Source: Patescibacteria group bacterium (lineage in GTDB: Bacteria > Patescibacteriota > Microgenomatia > Levybacterales > UBA12049). From it: a stretch of DNA of 64,000 bases. The notes beneath the pieces were generated by a model. That model did not search any database. It was not told where the DNA came from and saw nothing but the letters and a program-made list of their open reading frames with translations. Made by a program: the position numbers and the translations under genes. Location: NCBI GenBank assembly GCA_038064195.1, contig JBBTTO010000003.1, forward strand, positions 114,428-178,427, read 5' to 3'. Below are positions 49,913 to 59,965 of the stretch, in pieces. The stretch's first letter is position 1, and each line of letters starts with the position of its first letter.

Positions 49913-52138
49913 TTATGGAGTTAAGGTTATATCAAGGGGTAAAGTTGGAGTTGGAGTATCAGAAGGGATTGGGAAAGGTGTGGGGGTGACTGTAGGAGTT
50001 GGGGTTGCCGTTGGTTCATCGGTATTTTGAGTTTGGGGTACGCTGGTAGGAGTGGCAGTGGGATCTTCAGTAATAGTTGGAAGAGCGTCGGTACAGGATT
50101 TGGTCGGGATCGTGCCTGAGAGGAAATACTCAGTCATCGCACTACTCGTCGCGGCTTCTGCCCGGAGGCCATTTTCTTTACAGATAGTAACTCTCAGGAC
50201 ACTTGAGGGAGGATTAAAACGTTCAACCGGTGTTCCCGTCAGCATGTGCTCCATCATCTGCCGCCAGATAGGTGCTGCTCCGAGTGATCCGGCGATACTG
50301 TCCATAGGTGTGTTGTCATTATTCCCGACCCAGACTCCCACCACCAGACTTGGCGTATAACCGATCGTGAGTGCGTCTTTGTAGTCATTGGTCGTGCCCG
50401 TCTTGACAGCAGTCGGACGTGAGAGGGTAAGTGACGTGCCGAATACTTCGGTCCTGGCTTCATTATCAGATAAGATAGAGGAGATCACAAAACTCGTTTC
50501 AGGACTGAGTACCTGAATAGGGTCAGGTGTATATTCGTATATTTCTTTGCCTTTTTTGTCAGTGATTTGTAGTATTGTCGTCGGGGTAATATGCTTACCC
50601 GTATTTGCAAAGGCAGCATAAGCCTCAGTCATCTGGATAAGCGGTACCTCACCAGCGCCTAAAATCAGCGAGAGGCCGTAGTCGCCGGGGTTGGTAAGTG
50701 AGGTGATCCCCAGTTGTTTGGCGTAACTTAGGGTGTTAGCTATCCCGACTTTTTCCATGACATGGACGGCAGGGATATTTAAAGAGTTAGCCAAAGCGCG
50801 TCGAACAAGGACGTTGTCACGGAATTTACGATCATAGTCTAGAGGCTTGTATCCGTCAGGGAAAGTGACAGGCTTATCATCAAGCACTGTCGCAGCAGTT
50901 ATGATCTGATGCTCGATACCGTACGAATAGACGATCGGCTTAAATGATGATCCCGGCTGACGGGCGCGTACTGCCATATTGATTTTGCCGTTAGTCTCAT
51001 CGAACCAGTCATGACTGCCGACAAGGGAGAGGATCTCACCTGTTTTAGGATCCAGGGCCACAGCCGCGCCATTTGTGACTTTGTTAAATCTGAGATTAGT
51101 GACTTGCCGGCTTACCACTTTTTCAGCGTATTCCTGGTCAGACAAATCAAGAGTAGTCTTGACGATAAAGCCTGAGTTAGCCACTCGTTGTTCGCCGTAT
51201 TTTTTGATCAGCTCGTCTTTGACCATCAAGGCAAAATGCGGAGCCGTGACATTGAGATCCTGTTTTTGCGGATTAAAGAGTATGGTTTGACTCCCTGCCT
51301 GTTGTTCCTGAAGTTGTGTGATATATCCCTGCTTTTCCATAAGAGACAGCACAAGTTTTTGTCTGTTGAAGGCTTTTTGCTTGTCACCACTTAAGGGTGA
51401 GTAGGCAGATGGTGCAGGCAGGATTGCCGCAAATAACGCACTTTGGCTAAGCGTGAGATCTGAGGCATGTTCACCAAAATAAGTCCGGGCCGCGTCTTCA
51501 ACTCCGAAGGCTCCCTCACCGTAATAAACAGTATTGAGATACATCTCTAAAATATCTTCTTTGGAAAATCTGCGTTCGATCTCAATTGCCAAAAAAAGCT
51601 CCTGATACTTACGCAGGAAGTTTTTTTCCTGAGTCAGTAAGGTATTCTTCACCAACTGCTGTGTGATAGTTGATCCTCCCTGAGCGAGTTGTTCTTTTTG
51701 GACGTCACTGACCAAGGCGCGCCCGATCCCCTCGATTGAAAATCCTTGATGCTTATAAAAATCCTTATCCTCAGTTGCGACGACTGCAAGTTGTAGCGAT
51801 TTGGGGATTTGACTGAGGGGAACGGTATGTTTGGATTTGGCCTCATAAAGAGTGAAAAATGTCTTGCCGGTACGATCGGTCAAAATCACGCCAGCATTTT
51901 TATGACTGAGGATGTTTTCCTTACTCGAGAGATCACGGATGAAGTAGAGATAGGTAAGAAGAGGAGTCAGGATAAGGAGCGTAATTCCGGCAAGAATTAT
52001 TATCAATAAGGGTTTTTTAAAAGTAGTCCAGAGCTCTTTGATAACTGAGACGAGGATGGAGGGATTCTTGGGAACTTCTTTAAGTTCCTCTTTAATTTCC
52101 TCAAGCTGCTCTTTGACGTTTTCTAGATTTTGACTCAT
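49913..52138 (-). CDS. class A penicillin-binding protein (PBP1A family)
   Basis: EDKDFYKH, GGSTITQQLVKN, SSFK, SLN, KTG. Confidence 0.96.
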   Translation of the reverse strand: MSQNLENVKEQLEEIKEELKEVPKNPSILVSVIKELWTTFKKPLLIIILAGITLLILTPLLTYLYFIRDLSSKENILSHKNAGVILTDRTGKTFFTLYEAKSKHTVPLSQIPKSLQLAVVATEDKDFYKHQGFSIEGIGRALVSDVQKEQLAQGGSTITQQLVKNTLLTQEKNFLRKYQELFLAIEIERRFSKEDILEMYLNTVYYGEGAFGVEDAARTYFGEHASDLTLSQSALFAAILPAPSAYSPLSGDKQKAFNRQKLVLSLMEKQGYITQLQEQQAGSQTILFNPQKQDLNVTAPHFALMVKDELIKKYGEQRVANSGFIVKTTLDLSDQEYAEKVVSRQVTNLRFNKVTNGAAVALDPKTGEILSLVGSHDWFDETNGKINMAVRARQPGSSFKPIVYSYGIEHQIITAATVLDDKPVTFPDGYKPLDYDRKFRDNVLVRRALANSLNIPAVHVMEKVGIANTLSYAKQLGITSLTNPGDYGLSLILGAGEVPLIQMTEAYAAFANTGKHITPTTILQITDKKGKEIYEYTPDPIQVLSPETSFVISSILSDNEARTEVFGTSLTLSRPTAVKTGTTNDYKDALTIGYTPSLVVGVWVGNNDNTPMDSIAGSLGAAPIWRQMMEHMLTGTPVERFNPPSSVLRVTICKENGLRAEAATSSAMTEYFLSGTIPTKSCTDALPTITEDPTATPTSVPQTQNTDEPTATPTPTVTPTPFPIPSDTPTPTLPLDITLTP

Positions 52139-52492
52139 GGATAATTGTATTCAGTATAAAGTATCAGATAGTAAGTATAAAGCGGTTTTGTATTTTTCGC
52201 CCGAAGTGTTTGAAGGTTAGGCTGCTCGTCTCCGCGAGGTTTTTTATGCAAACCTTACCTCTATGTGCGTTTGGTGTTCATATCATACCAGGGATCAGCT
52301 TTAGTTTTATCATTGTCATTTAATAATCCTAATCCGCCCATTTCAATCCAGATTCTTGCGGCATGTGAGGCTGGAGTCACGTAGTAAGGTTCATTTTTGT
52401 AGGTAGCTATTGCTTGTTGGAGTTCCTGAGTAAGAGGGGAATCTGGATCAGGGGTAGATCCTTTCTTTATATATTTTTGTTATCATAGATCT

Positions 52493-52948
52493 ATGAGGAG
52501 ATTTTTTCTTTCTTTCATTACTTTTTTAGTACTTGGGATATTCATAGTTTCTCCTATTCGTGCTGAGGATATCCACACAACTGACAAGTTACTAACAGTT
52601 GATACCGGCAAGCAAATGCTCTATGCCTGGGAAGGGGGAAGAATAGTCTACCAGACACCTGTGGCTACCGGGCTCCCGAAGTCTCCGACTGTCAAAGGAA
52701 CATTTAAGATTTATGTTAAGTATGAGACTCAGGCACATATGCGTGGTGTATCGCCCTATATCGGTAAATACGACTTTAAAAATGTACCGTATGTCATGTA
52801 TTTCCATGAAGGCTACGGTGTTCATGGAGCGTACTGGCATAACAGTTTTGGTACCAGGAGAAGCAATGGCTGTGTCAATGTTCCGGTCTATGCAGCCAAG
52901 TGGCTCTTTGAATTTGCTCCGATAGGTACGACTGTTATGGTATTTTAG
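52493..52948 (+). CDS. L,D-transpeptidase (YkuD domain)
   Basis: VHGAYWH...SNGCVNV. Confidence 0.92.
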   Translation: MRRFFLSFITFLVLGIFIVSPIRAEDIHTTDKLLTVDTGKQMLYAWEGGRIVYQTPVATGLPKSPTVKGTFKIYVKYETQAHMRGVSPYIGKYDFKNVPYVMYFHEGYGVHGAYWHNSFGTRRSNGCVNVPVYAAKWLFEFAPIGTTVMVF

Positions 52949-52955
52949 GATCTTC

Positions 52956-53303
52956 TTATTTCTTCTTGAGGAGTTCGATGTCAAAAATGAGGGTAGCAAA
53001 GCCGGGGATATCTGGCTCGACTCCGTATTTGCCATATCCTAAGTGATGGGGGATAGTAAGACGACGCTTCCCGCCGACTTTCATCCCAGGTATTCCAATA
53101 TCCCAACCCTGGATGACATAACCCGCGCCAATAGCGACTTCAAAGGGCATATCGCGGTCATGTGAACTGTCAAATTTTTTGCCCGGTTTGCCTGATTCGC
53201 TTAGCCAACCCGTATAGTGCACTGTAATATGGTCACCGGATTTGACTTCGTCTCCGTTACCTACTTTGAGGTCTTCGATTTTTAGTTCCTGTGGGTCATC
53301 CAT
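52956..53303 (-). CDS. FKBP-type peptidyl-prolyl isomerase
   Basis: VHYTGWL, FDSS, VIQGWD, GGKRRLTIP. Confidence 0.95.
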   Translation of the reverse strand: MDDPQELKIEDLKVGNGDEVKSGDHITVHYTGWLSESGKPGKKFDSSHDRDMPFEVAIGAGYVIQGWDIGIPGMKVGGKRRLTIPHHLGYGKYGVEPDIPGFATLIFDIELLKKK

Positions 53304-53360
53304 TCGACACAGTATAAACAATCATTTGGGTTTTGTGGGTAAGAAAATGCTCGCAATGCG

Positions 53361-54038
53361 CTAAGCGCTTGGCGCAGAGCGTAATAGATACATGTGGGTT
53401 TGGAGGAAGTCGAGATCATCACCGGCGCGATTTTGTGTTTTTTCCAGTCTTGCCTTAGGTGCCTGTTCTTTACAAAGTTCTAAAACCCTCTCCAGATCGT
53501 AGAGAAAGAGTTCACGATCATGTTCCGCCGGAGTTTCACGAGTCAAAAAATTGAAAGCCACGCCGACTTTAGCCAGAGGCCACATTTTGGCGATAAATGC
53601 TTCCATCATCTGATAGTTATCAGTTGCAAGGACTGCCGCAAGTGCGCCGGAGCAGAAGACGTAGTCATAGGTTTCAGCCAAAGGCTGATCGGCCTCTGGC
53701 CGAAAAGGTCGAGGGTCGAAGGTCAAAAAATCGGAGGTGACAAATCGACCTTCCGGATATTTCATCTGTGCATATTCAACAGACATGTGGTAAATATCAA
53801 TGCCAAGATAATCTATAACTCCACGCTGTTTTAAATAGTCATAGAAATCACCTGTCCCGCAGCCGATGTCCAGCACTGAACTCCCTTTTAGCGGTTTGTT
53901 GGTGTACCGGGTGATATCAGTCAGGAGCTTGAAATTTCCATATTTATCGCGATCTCCCCAGCCGTCATCTAGGTTGTGACGGAGAAAATAACCATAGAAT
54001 TGGTCGTTGATCTCACGATCTTTGTCTGAATAGCGCAT
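53361..54038 (-). CDS. class I SAM-dependent methyltransferase
   Basis: VLDIGCGTG, YDYVFCSG. Confidence 0.9.
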   Translation of the reverse strand: MRYSDKDREINDQFYGYFLRHNLDDGWGDRDKYGNFKLLTDITRYTNKPLKGSSVLDIGCGTGDFYDYLKQRGVIDYLGIDIYHMSVEYAQMKYPEGRFVTSDFLTFDPRPFRPEADQPLAETYDYVFCSGALAAVLATDNYQMMEAFIAKMWPLAKVGVAFNFLTRETPAEHDRELFLYDLERVLELCKEQAPKARLEKTQNRAGDDLDFLQTHMYLLRSAPSA

Positions 54039-54135
54039 GAGAATTATTGTACAGGGGTGAAGTCATAATTGCCACACAATTACTATGAGTATAGTTTTTT
54101 GCAATAAAGGAAACTTTTTGTATATAATATAGGAC

Positions 54136-54947
54136 ATGAAAGACGTGCCATTATCCTATGACGCTTTAAGAATGGAGCAATGTCAAAAGGAATTTCGGGA
54201 AGTTGGAGCACTGCTCGAGTCGGTTATTGATAATAACGCAGAGCAGTTAAGGATTGGCCCTGACTATCTTGCGACACTTCGAACCGGTCAAGATATAGAT
54301 GTTGTTTCCTATGCGATTAGGTATGATACTCCACGTGAGTTGAATATGGGAATGTCAGATGCGGCTTTTGTGCTGGTGGCACATGACACCAAAGGTAAAG
54401 TACTCGGAGTGCGATCGTCACACCTTTTTCCATCAGATCCGCAGTATTCCCTCCAAGCTTTCGGAACGATCGTCACCAGTGAACGCGGAGTAGGTGTGGG
54501 TTCAGCACTTGAGACAGCCCATCAGGATCTTCTCAAAAGGGAGGTGACAGACAGAGGTGAGCCTTTGATGTATGTAGCGGTTGATAAAAATCAAGGCCGT
54601 ATCAGTGCTTATCAACATAGATATAACATTTTGGCGATCGTAGACATGCAAAATTTCTAGACGAAATCATGGATGAAAGATCACGCTGGGAAAGCATGTA
54701 TGGGCATGATAGACAATTTGGTTTTAAAACGAGGTTGAATGGTAATTTAACGTTGGTTATTAATCCAGCCAGCACAACACATAGTGAAGATCCAGCCACA
54801 CTCCAAACGGTCCGGATTGTAAAGTCAGAGACAGGCGAGGCTCAAGTCGTGGTCGAAGAGCGAGTAGAGGATCTAACCCAAAGACGCCAGGATAAATTTG
54901 ATGAACTCCATTTCAAGATCCTGCCTGGACTTAAGGCTGTGCAGTAA
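54136..54947 (+). pseudogene. hypothetical (GNAT-like?) gene apparently split by a frameshift near 54630
   Basis: two consecutive ORFs in different frames; ERGVGVGS acetyl-CoA-like motif. Confidence 0.5.
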
Positions 54948-54957
54948 GTTTATATCT

Positions 54958-55386
54958 TTAGTTTTGCAGGGATCTGTCGCCTAGATCCTGAGTAAAACGG
55001 AGGAGGTAGCCGTCAGGATCCTGAACTAAAAATTGCTTGTTGCCTGATTCATGGTCATCGACTCGATACCATTTCTCTTCAACTTCCAGGAAGAGTTTTA
55101 TGTCGTTTTTTTGAATTCTTGAGAGCATTTCATCGACGTTCTCGACCTCAATTTGCAGGTTGATACCGCGACCAAGCGGTGGAGTCAGTTCTCCTGTCTC
55201 CCATGTCCGACCTTTACCAATTTCGTCTAGCATCAGCTCTACCTCACCCATGATAAGAAAAGCAAAGCCTTCCTCAGGACGCTCGTAGGCGATTGAAAAG
55301 CCTAAGATCTCAGTATAGAAATGAAGACTTTTTGTAATATCCCCGACACTGAGTTCTGGGATAAGTTTTTGGGATGATGTAGTCAT
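54958..55386 (-). CDS. VOC/glyoxalase (bleomycin-resistance-like) protein
   Basis: LIPELSV, FYTEILGF, VQDPDGYLLRF. Confidence 0.92.
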   Translation of the reverse strand: MTTSSQKLIPELSVGDITKSLHFYTEILGFSIAYERPEEGFAFLIMGEVELMLDEIGKGRTWETGELTPPLGRGINLQIEVENVDEMLSRIQKNDIKLFLEVEEKWYRVDDHESGNKQFLVQDPDGYLLRFTQDLGDRSLQN

Positions 55387-55410
55387 AGTCTTTCGTATTA
55401 TAATACAGAT

Positions 55411-55977
55411 ATGAAAGATAGAACCATGAATGAGATGCAGCAATATATCTATGATCAGGAGAAAAAGTGGTTTGAGATATTTAAACCGTATCTAAAAGGT
55501 AGCATTTTAAAAGTAGGGGACGGACTCGGGTACCTCACTGAGTTTATGATTGAAGAAAAGCCAAACCTTGCTATTTTGGAGATTCAAAAACATGAGGATG
55601 CAATGTATAAAGATAAAGTTGTCATTTATGATGGTCGTCATTTTCCTTTTAAAGATAAGCAATTTGACGCAGTAGTCTGTACGTTTGTGCTCCATCATAC
55701 TCCTCATCCAGTCGAATTGCTTTTAGAGATGAAACGAGTCGCCAAAAGAATTATCCTCATTGAGGAGACTTACTCAGGTATTCTTTCAAAGATGGATTTG
55801 GTTTACCGGGATACATCAGTGAATATGAAAGCCGGGCAGCCATCACCCATACATTGGAAAAGTTATTTTAAAAAAGGTGAGCTTGAGAAGATCTTTGCTC
55901 GTGAGAATCTTGAGATGGTCTATCACAAAGAAGTTAAGAAAAGAAGATATTGGAAAGAGCTATTTGTAGTAGAGTAA
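55411..55977 (+). CDS. class I SAM-dependent methyltransferase (type 11)
   Basis: LKVGDGLG, FPFKDKQFDAV..FVLHH. Confidence 0.85.
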   Translation: MKDRTMNEMQQYIYDQEKKWFEIFKPYLKGSILKVGDGLGYLTEFMIEEKPNLAILEIQKHEDAMYKDKVVIYDGRHFPFKDKQFDAVVCTFVLHHTPHPVELLLEMKRVAKRIILIEETYSGILSKMDLVYRDTSVNMKAGQPSPIHWKSYFKKGELEKIFARENLEMVYHKEVKKRRYWKELFVVE

Positions 55978-56069
55978 TGTTAACCCGCTTTCGCTCTCTT
56001 CAGCGGACCTTGTCTTGCCGTAGCTTCAGAAGCTCGACTTCGCTCTTTCGAGCTTCGTCGAAACGAATG

Positions 56070-56154
56070 CGGAGGGAGGGAGATTCGAACTCCCGGAATC
56101 TTGCGATTCGATGGTTTAGTAAACCATTGCACTAGGCCACTATGCGATCCCTCC
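56070..56154 (-). tRNA. tRNA-Ser, anticodon ACT (CCA not encoded)
   Basis: GGAGGGA/TCCCTCC acceptor stem, G discriminator, ATGGT-TTACTAA-ACCAT anticodon arm, long variable arm, GTTCGAATC T loop. Confidence 0.9.
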
Positions 56155-56157
56155 TTA

Positions 56158-56517
56158 TTAATCCTTTGTGTATAAAGCTAATTTTGTTGCTTTATTAGCA
56201 TTAACTAAAATAACTTTATCTTTTGGCCCGATATAAACAGCTATTAAATCATAGTCCTTATTGTCAAATTTATTGACGTTAATGACTCCATTTCCACGAA
56301 AGATTTGTCTCATTTCAACTTTCCACGTTCCTGACTTTTTTCTCACAGATGTAAATTTAATACTAACGCGTTTAATTTCGCCATCTTTATAGCAAATAAC
56401 ATCGTATTTACTATTATTTGAAAAAGGCAGATAAACTTCATATCCGTTTTCGATTAAGTAAGTAATGACTTTAGCTTCAGCTAGCCTACCCTTGGTTTTC
56501 CGATCCATGAGTATCAT
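56158..56517 (-). CDS. PD-(D/E)XK endonuclease of the group I intron-associated (I-Ssp6803I-like) family
   Basis: KGRLAE..L...GYEVYLP....YDVI....RVSIK; AT-rich. Confidence 0.8.
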   Translation of the reverse strand: MILMDRKTKGRLAEAKVITYLIENGYEVYLPFSNNSKYDVICYKDGEIKRVSIKFTSVRKKSGTWKVEMRQIFRGNGVINVNKFDNKDYDLIAVYIGPKDKVILVNANKATKLALYTKD

Positions 56518-56569
56518 GCATTATCCCAAAGAAATCTTTTTTTGTCCATGTTTGTGCTATAGTAGGCTC

Positions 56570-57076
56570 ATGGAAATGGTGGATGTCATTGACTGTGAAG
56601 GGCATGTTTTGTCTGTAGTCCGTAAGGACGAGGCGCATGCTCAGGGTTTTCTGCATAAATGTGTCATCGGGGCACTCAGAAATTCTAAAAGTGAGTTCAT
56701 GCTGATCCGTCCTCCGACACACAAACAAGACGCCGGACAGTATGTCTTTCCTGTCGGAGGACATGTCTCCAGCGGCGAGTCGGAAGTTGCTGCATTAGAA
56801 AGAGAAGTTGAAGAGGAGATAGGGATTACAGGGTTTGCCTCAAAAAGAATAGGACAGGATACTTTCGACCGGCATGTATTGGGGCGGCATGAAAATCATC
56901 TGTTCGTACTATACGAAATCATTTCTGATCAAGAGCCAATTGCGGGAGGAGAACTTGAGACTATGCATTGGTTCACACCAGACGCTTTGCGCAAAGCGAT
57001 TAGCATTGAGAGGGAAGCGTTCGGGGATGCATTTTACTTCGTCGCCGAACGATTTTATCCGGAATTACTCAACTAA
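56570..57076 (+). CDS. NUDIX hydrolase (IDI-like)
   Basis: VGGHVSSGESEVAALEREVEEEIG. Confidence 0.9.
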   Translation: MEMVDVIDCEGHVLSVVRKDEAHAQGFLHKCVIGALRNSKSEFMLIRPPTHKQDAGQYVFPVGGHVSSGESEVAALEREVEEEIGITGFASKRIGQDTFDRHVLGRHENHLFVLYEIISDQEPIAGGELETMHWFTPDALRKAISIEREAFGDAFYFVAERFYPELLN

Positions 57077-57079
57077 CTT

Positions 57080-58264
57080 TTATTTTACCTCAAGGATGGC
57101 CTTGCTTACCTCGTCGACTAAGCCATTAAAGAAAGGATCGGGGATGATACAGTCAGCTGTCGGTTCAGGCACAAGACTTGCCAATTTTTTGGCAGCGGCT
57201 TCTTTCATCGCATGAGTTACAGTCGTCAGCCTCCCATCAATTACAGCTTTAAATACTGCGGGGAAGGCGAGTAAGTTATTGATTTGGTTAGGATAATCAC
57301 TTCGACCCGTCGCCACGACGTACGCGCCTGCCTCTTTGGCCTCTTGTGGCATGATCTCAGGTGTGGGGTTGGCCATGGCAAAAACAATCGGTTTGTCAGC
57401 CATCTCCTTAATCATTTCAGGACGGATATTCCCCGGGCCTGAGACACCGATGATGACATCTGCACCCTTTATTACTTCCGTAAGAGATCCTTGGAGGCGG
57501 TCTTTATTGGACAGGCCTGCGACGGCTTGCTTGTAGATATTCATATCCTCCCGTCCTGTAAAGAGTGCGCCTTTACTGTCAACGACGATGACATCTCCGA
57601 CGCTGCTACTCCCGGGAAGCCTCTGACAGGAGTCCTCACTACAGTTAAGTCCCAAAAGCATGCGTGAGACCGCCAGCCCTGCAGCGCCTGCTCCGACTAT
57701 GACGACTTTAAGAGACTCGAATGGCTTGCCGACAACTTTGGCAGCATTATGGAGGGCAGCTGTGACGACGATGGCTGTCCCATGCTGGTCATCATGAAAA
57801 ACAGGAATACCGATATCCTGGAGTGCTTCTTCGATATGAAAGCAGGCAGGTGCTGCGATGTCCTCGAGATTGATACCGGCAAAAGATGGCGCGACATTGC
57901 GGACGAACTGGATAATTTGATTTGAGTCCTGTGTAGCCAGGACAAGTGGGACAGAGTCTACGTTGGCAAATCTTTTGAGAAGTAGCGATTTGCCTTCCAT
58001 CACAGGCAGGGCTCCTTCCGGTCCGATATTGCCAAGACCCAGGACCGCCGAGCCATCAGAGATGACGGCGACGGTGCGTCCGCGCCAGGTAAGATCAAAT
58101 GAAAGATCATGATTTTCGGCAACTGCCTGTGAGACTGCGGCGACACCCGGAGTGTAGGCAAGGGAAAGGTCATCACGATTATTGATCTCAACAAGTGAGC
58201 TCGTCGCGAGTTTGCCTTGATGCTTTTTGTGCAGGGCTATCGCGCGTTTTTGGATGTCTTCCAT
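57080..58264 (-). CDS. NAD(P)-dependent malic enzyme
   Basis: LAYTPGVA, PVMEGK, NLEDI, FHDDQHGTA, GAGAAG, NQINN. Confidence 0.96.
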   Translation of the reverse strand: MEDIQKRAIALHKKHQGKLATSSLVEINNRDDLSLAYTPGVAAVSQAVAENHDLSFDLTWRGRTVAVISDGSAVLGLGNIGPEGALPVMEGKSLLLKRFANVDSVPLVLATQDSNQIIQFVRNVAPSFAGINLEDIAAPACFHIEEALQDIGIPVFHDDQHGTAIVVTAALHNAAKVVGKPFESLKVVIVGAGAAGLAVSRMLLGLNCSEDSCQRLPGSSSVGDVIVVDSKGALFTGREDMNIYKQAVAGLSNKDRLQGSLTEVIKGADVIIGVSGPGNIRPEMIKEMADKPIVFAMANPTPEIMPQEAKEAGAYVVATGRSDYPNQINNLLAFPAVFKAVIDGRLTTVTHAMKEAAAKKLASLVPEPTADCIIPDPFFNGLVDEVSKAILEVK

Positions 58265-58463
58265 AGCATGTAGTTTACTCCTTTTTGGGGCAAAAGTGAA
58301 CGTTTTTTAACAACAGGTAAGAAAGAGTATAATAACTCCATGATAAAAGGGATTGTTTTGTTTTGGGGAGGTTTTGGGCGGGACTTGAAAAGAATAGGCT
58401 TGATATAGTATGATATGTCATCTAACTTGACAAAGGTCAGGTTTTTAGTATTTTATATTATTT

Positions 58464-58976
58464 ATGAGAACATCACCTGAATATCCAATGGCTGAAGATC
58501 CCGGTGTAAATGACGCCTATTTTTTGCGCCAAGGCGCCAAGGCTTTTGCCGAGAAAATAGGCTCTAGGGGTGATTTTCCTAGAGTAATGGTATCTCAGAT
58601 TGACAAAGAGACAGGAAGAACAGTTTTGGATGAGAGGGCAGGGCTTGTTGTACCTATTCCTGAAGTCAACGAGGGCTCAGAAATTGATTCGACTCAGCCA
58701 CCGATTGATATGCAGGTTTTATTAGAACCGGATGGAGCTCTTTCAATTATCAAACCTAATGGAGTTAGTGGAGCAGTAAAAGCATACCCTGTAGACACAT
58801 CTGTTCGCCAGACAGAAGATTATGCTCGCATTCATGGGGCTCTCGGGACAGCCACCCAAGCATATCTTGATAGACTCAATGGTGATGATACTCCTCCTCC
58901 TGAAGATCCACAGCCAGATGGTGGTGGTTCAGCCCCTGTAAGACTGTATACTCATGATGATACTGTAGCTGCTTGA
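58464..58976 (+). CDS. hypothetical protein
   Basis: 170-aa ORF with TTGACA promoter upstream. Confidence 0.7.
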   Translation: MRTSPEYPMAEDPGVNDAYFLRQGAKAFAEKIGSRGDFPRVMVSQIDKETGRTVLDERAGLVVPIPEVNEGSEIDSTQPPIDMQVLLEPDGALSIIKPNGVSGAVKAYPVDTSVRQTEDYARIHGALGTATQAYLDRLNGDDTPPPEDPQPDGGGSAPVRLYTHDDTVAA

Positions 58977-59234
58977 AGTAATCATCTTCTTACTCTCCTC
59001 TTACCTCACCCACATCTGCTTCTTAAATCATCAGGTTAATATAAAATTATTCTGTCCTGTAGAACTGGGAAAGCATCTAAAAACAGTACATGACGCATGG
59101 GAGGTTAGCCGGCAGTTACTTCCTGAGTGTTATGTTAACTGAAATACTTTTTATCCAGGCTCTCCTGGTGATAGCAGTTTTTGTCCTCTAGTGGATTCGT
59201 ACTCAATGAGTTGTTTTGTCGTTTTCTATATTAG

Positions 59235-59813
59235 TTATTTGAGCGTGGCGCTAACGACGAAGCGTTTGAGCCCGGCAAAGCCGTAGGGAGTGTAAAGTGT
59301 CAAAGTTTCTTTATTACTAGATTTTATCAGGCTTGTTTCATTTGGAAGAACTACATGCAGGTCCGTCACGGTATAACGATAACTGTCTCCGTTTCTCAAG
59401 CTGAGAATAATTTCGTCCCCTTTGGCAAGACTCGTCAGAAGACCGAACTGATCTGTGGTGTTGCGTCCATAGATTACCACATTGTCGTCCTCACCCGGAG
59501 AACTTGAGTTAGCCACATGCGAGACAGAGTCAGTGTATGTCGGCCAAACCCCGTTGGTTTTGGTAGCCTCGCTAAGAGGAAGTCCTAACTCCAAAGACGG
59601 GATATAGATAAATGTGGGGATAGAATGATTTTTAGCCTCAGATCGTGGAGCATCAGTAGCAAAGGCTGCAAAAGAGTAAGTAGTTGATTCATATAATTTA
59701 CCTATGAGGACAAATGCGATAAGAAGCAAAAAACACAATATGCTAAAGTGAAGAGAAAAAAGATTTCTCAGCGTTAAGGTCAGTAATTTTTGTTTTTTTG
59801 ATCGCAATGCCAT
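59235..59813 (-). CDS. sortase-fold protein lacking the catalytic His and Cys
   Basis: IPSLEL, PGEDDNVVIYGRN, LTLYTP..KRFVV. Confidence 0.8.
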   Translation of the reverse strand: MALRSKKQKLLTLTLRNLFSLHFSILCFLLLIAFVLIGKLYESTTYSFAAFATDAPRSEAKNHSIPTFIYIPSLELGLPLSEATKTNGVWPTYTDSVSHVANSSSPGEDDNVVIYGRNTTDQFGLLTSLAKGDEIILSLRNGDSYRYTVTDLHVVLPNETSLIKSSNKETLTLYTPYGFAGLKRFVVSATLK

Positions 59814-59899
59814 AATAGGCCTGTAGTATAAATCACTGAGGCTAAAAAGTCAAATACGATAGGGAAGCGGCATCACGCAAAATACTCAGTATTTTGCTA

Positions 59900-59965
59900 T
59901 CAGTCTGAATCAGTTCCTGTTTGTGGTGGTTTGGGATCATCTATAGCTGTAAATGCAACAGTCAT
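59900..59965 (-). CDS. 21-aa micropeptide MTVAFTAIDDPKPPQTGTDSD
   Basis: AAAGGAGGTGA SD upstream. Confidence 0.45.
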   Translation of the reverse strand: MTVAFTAIDDPKPPQTGTDSD

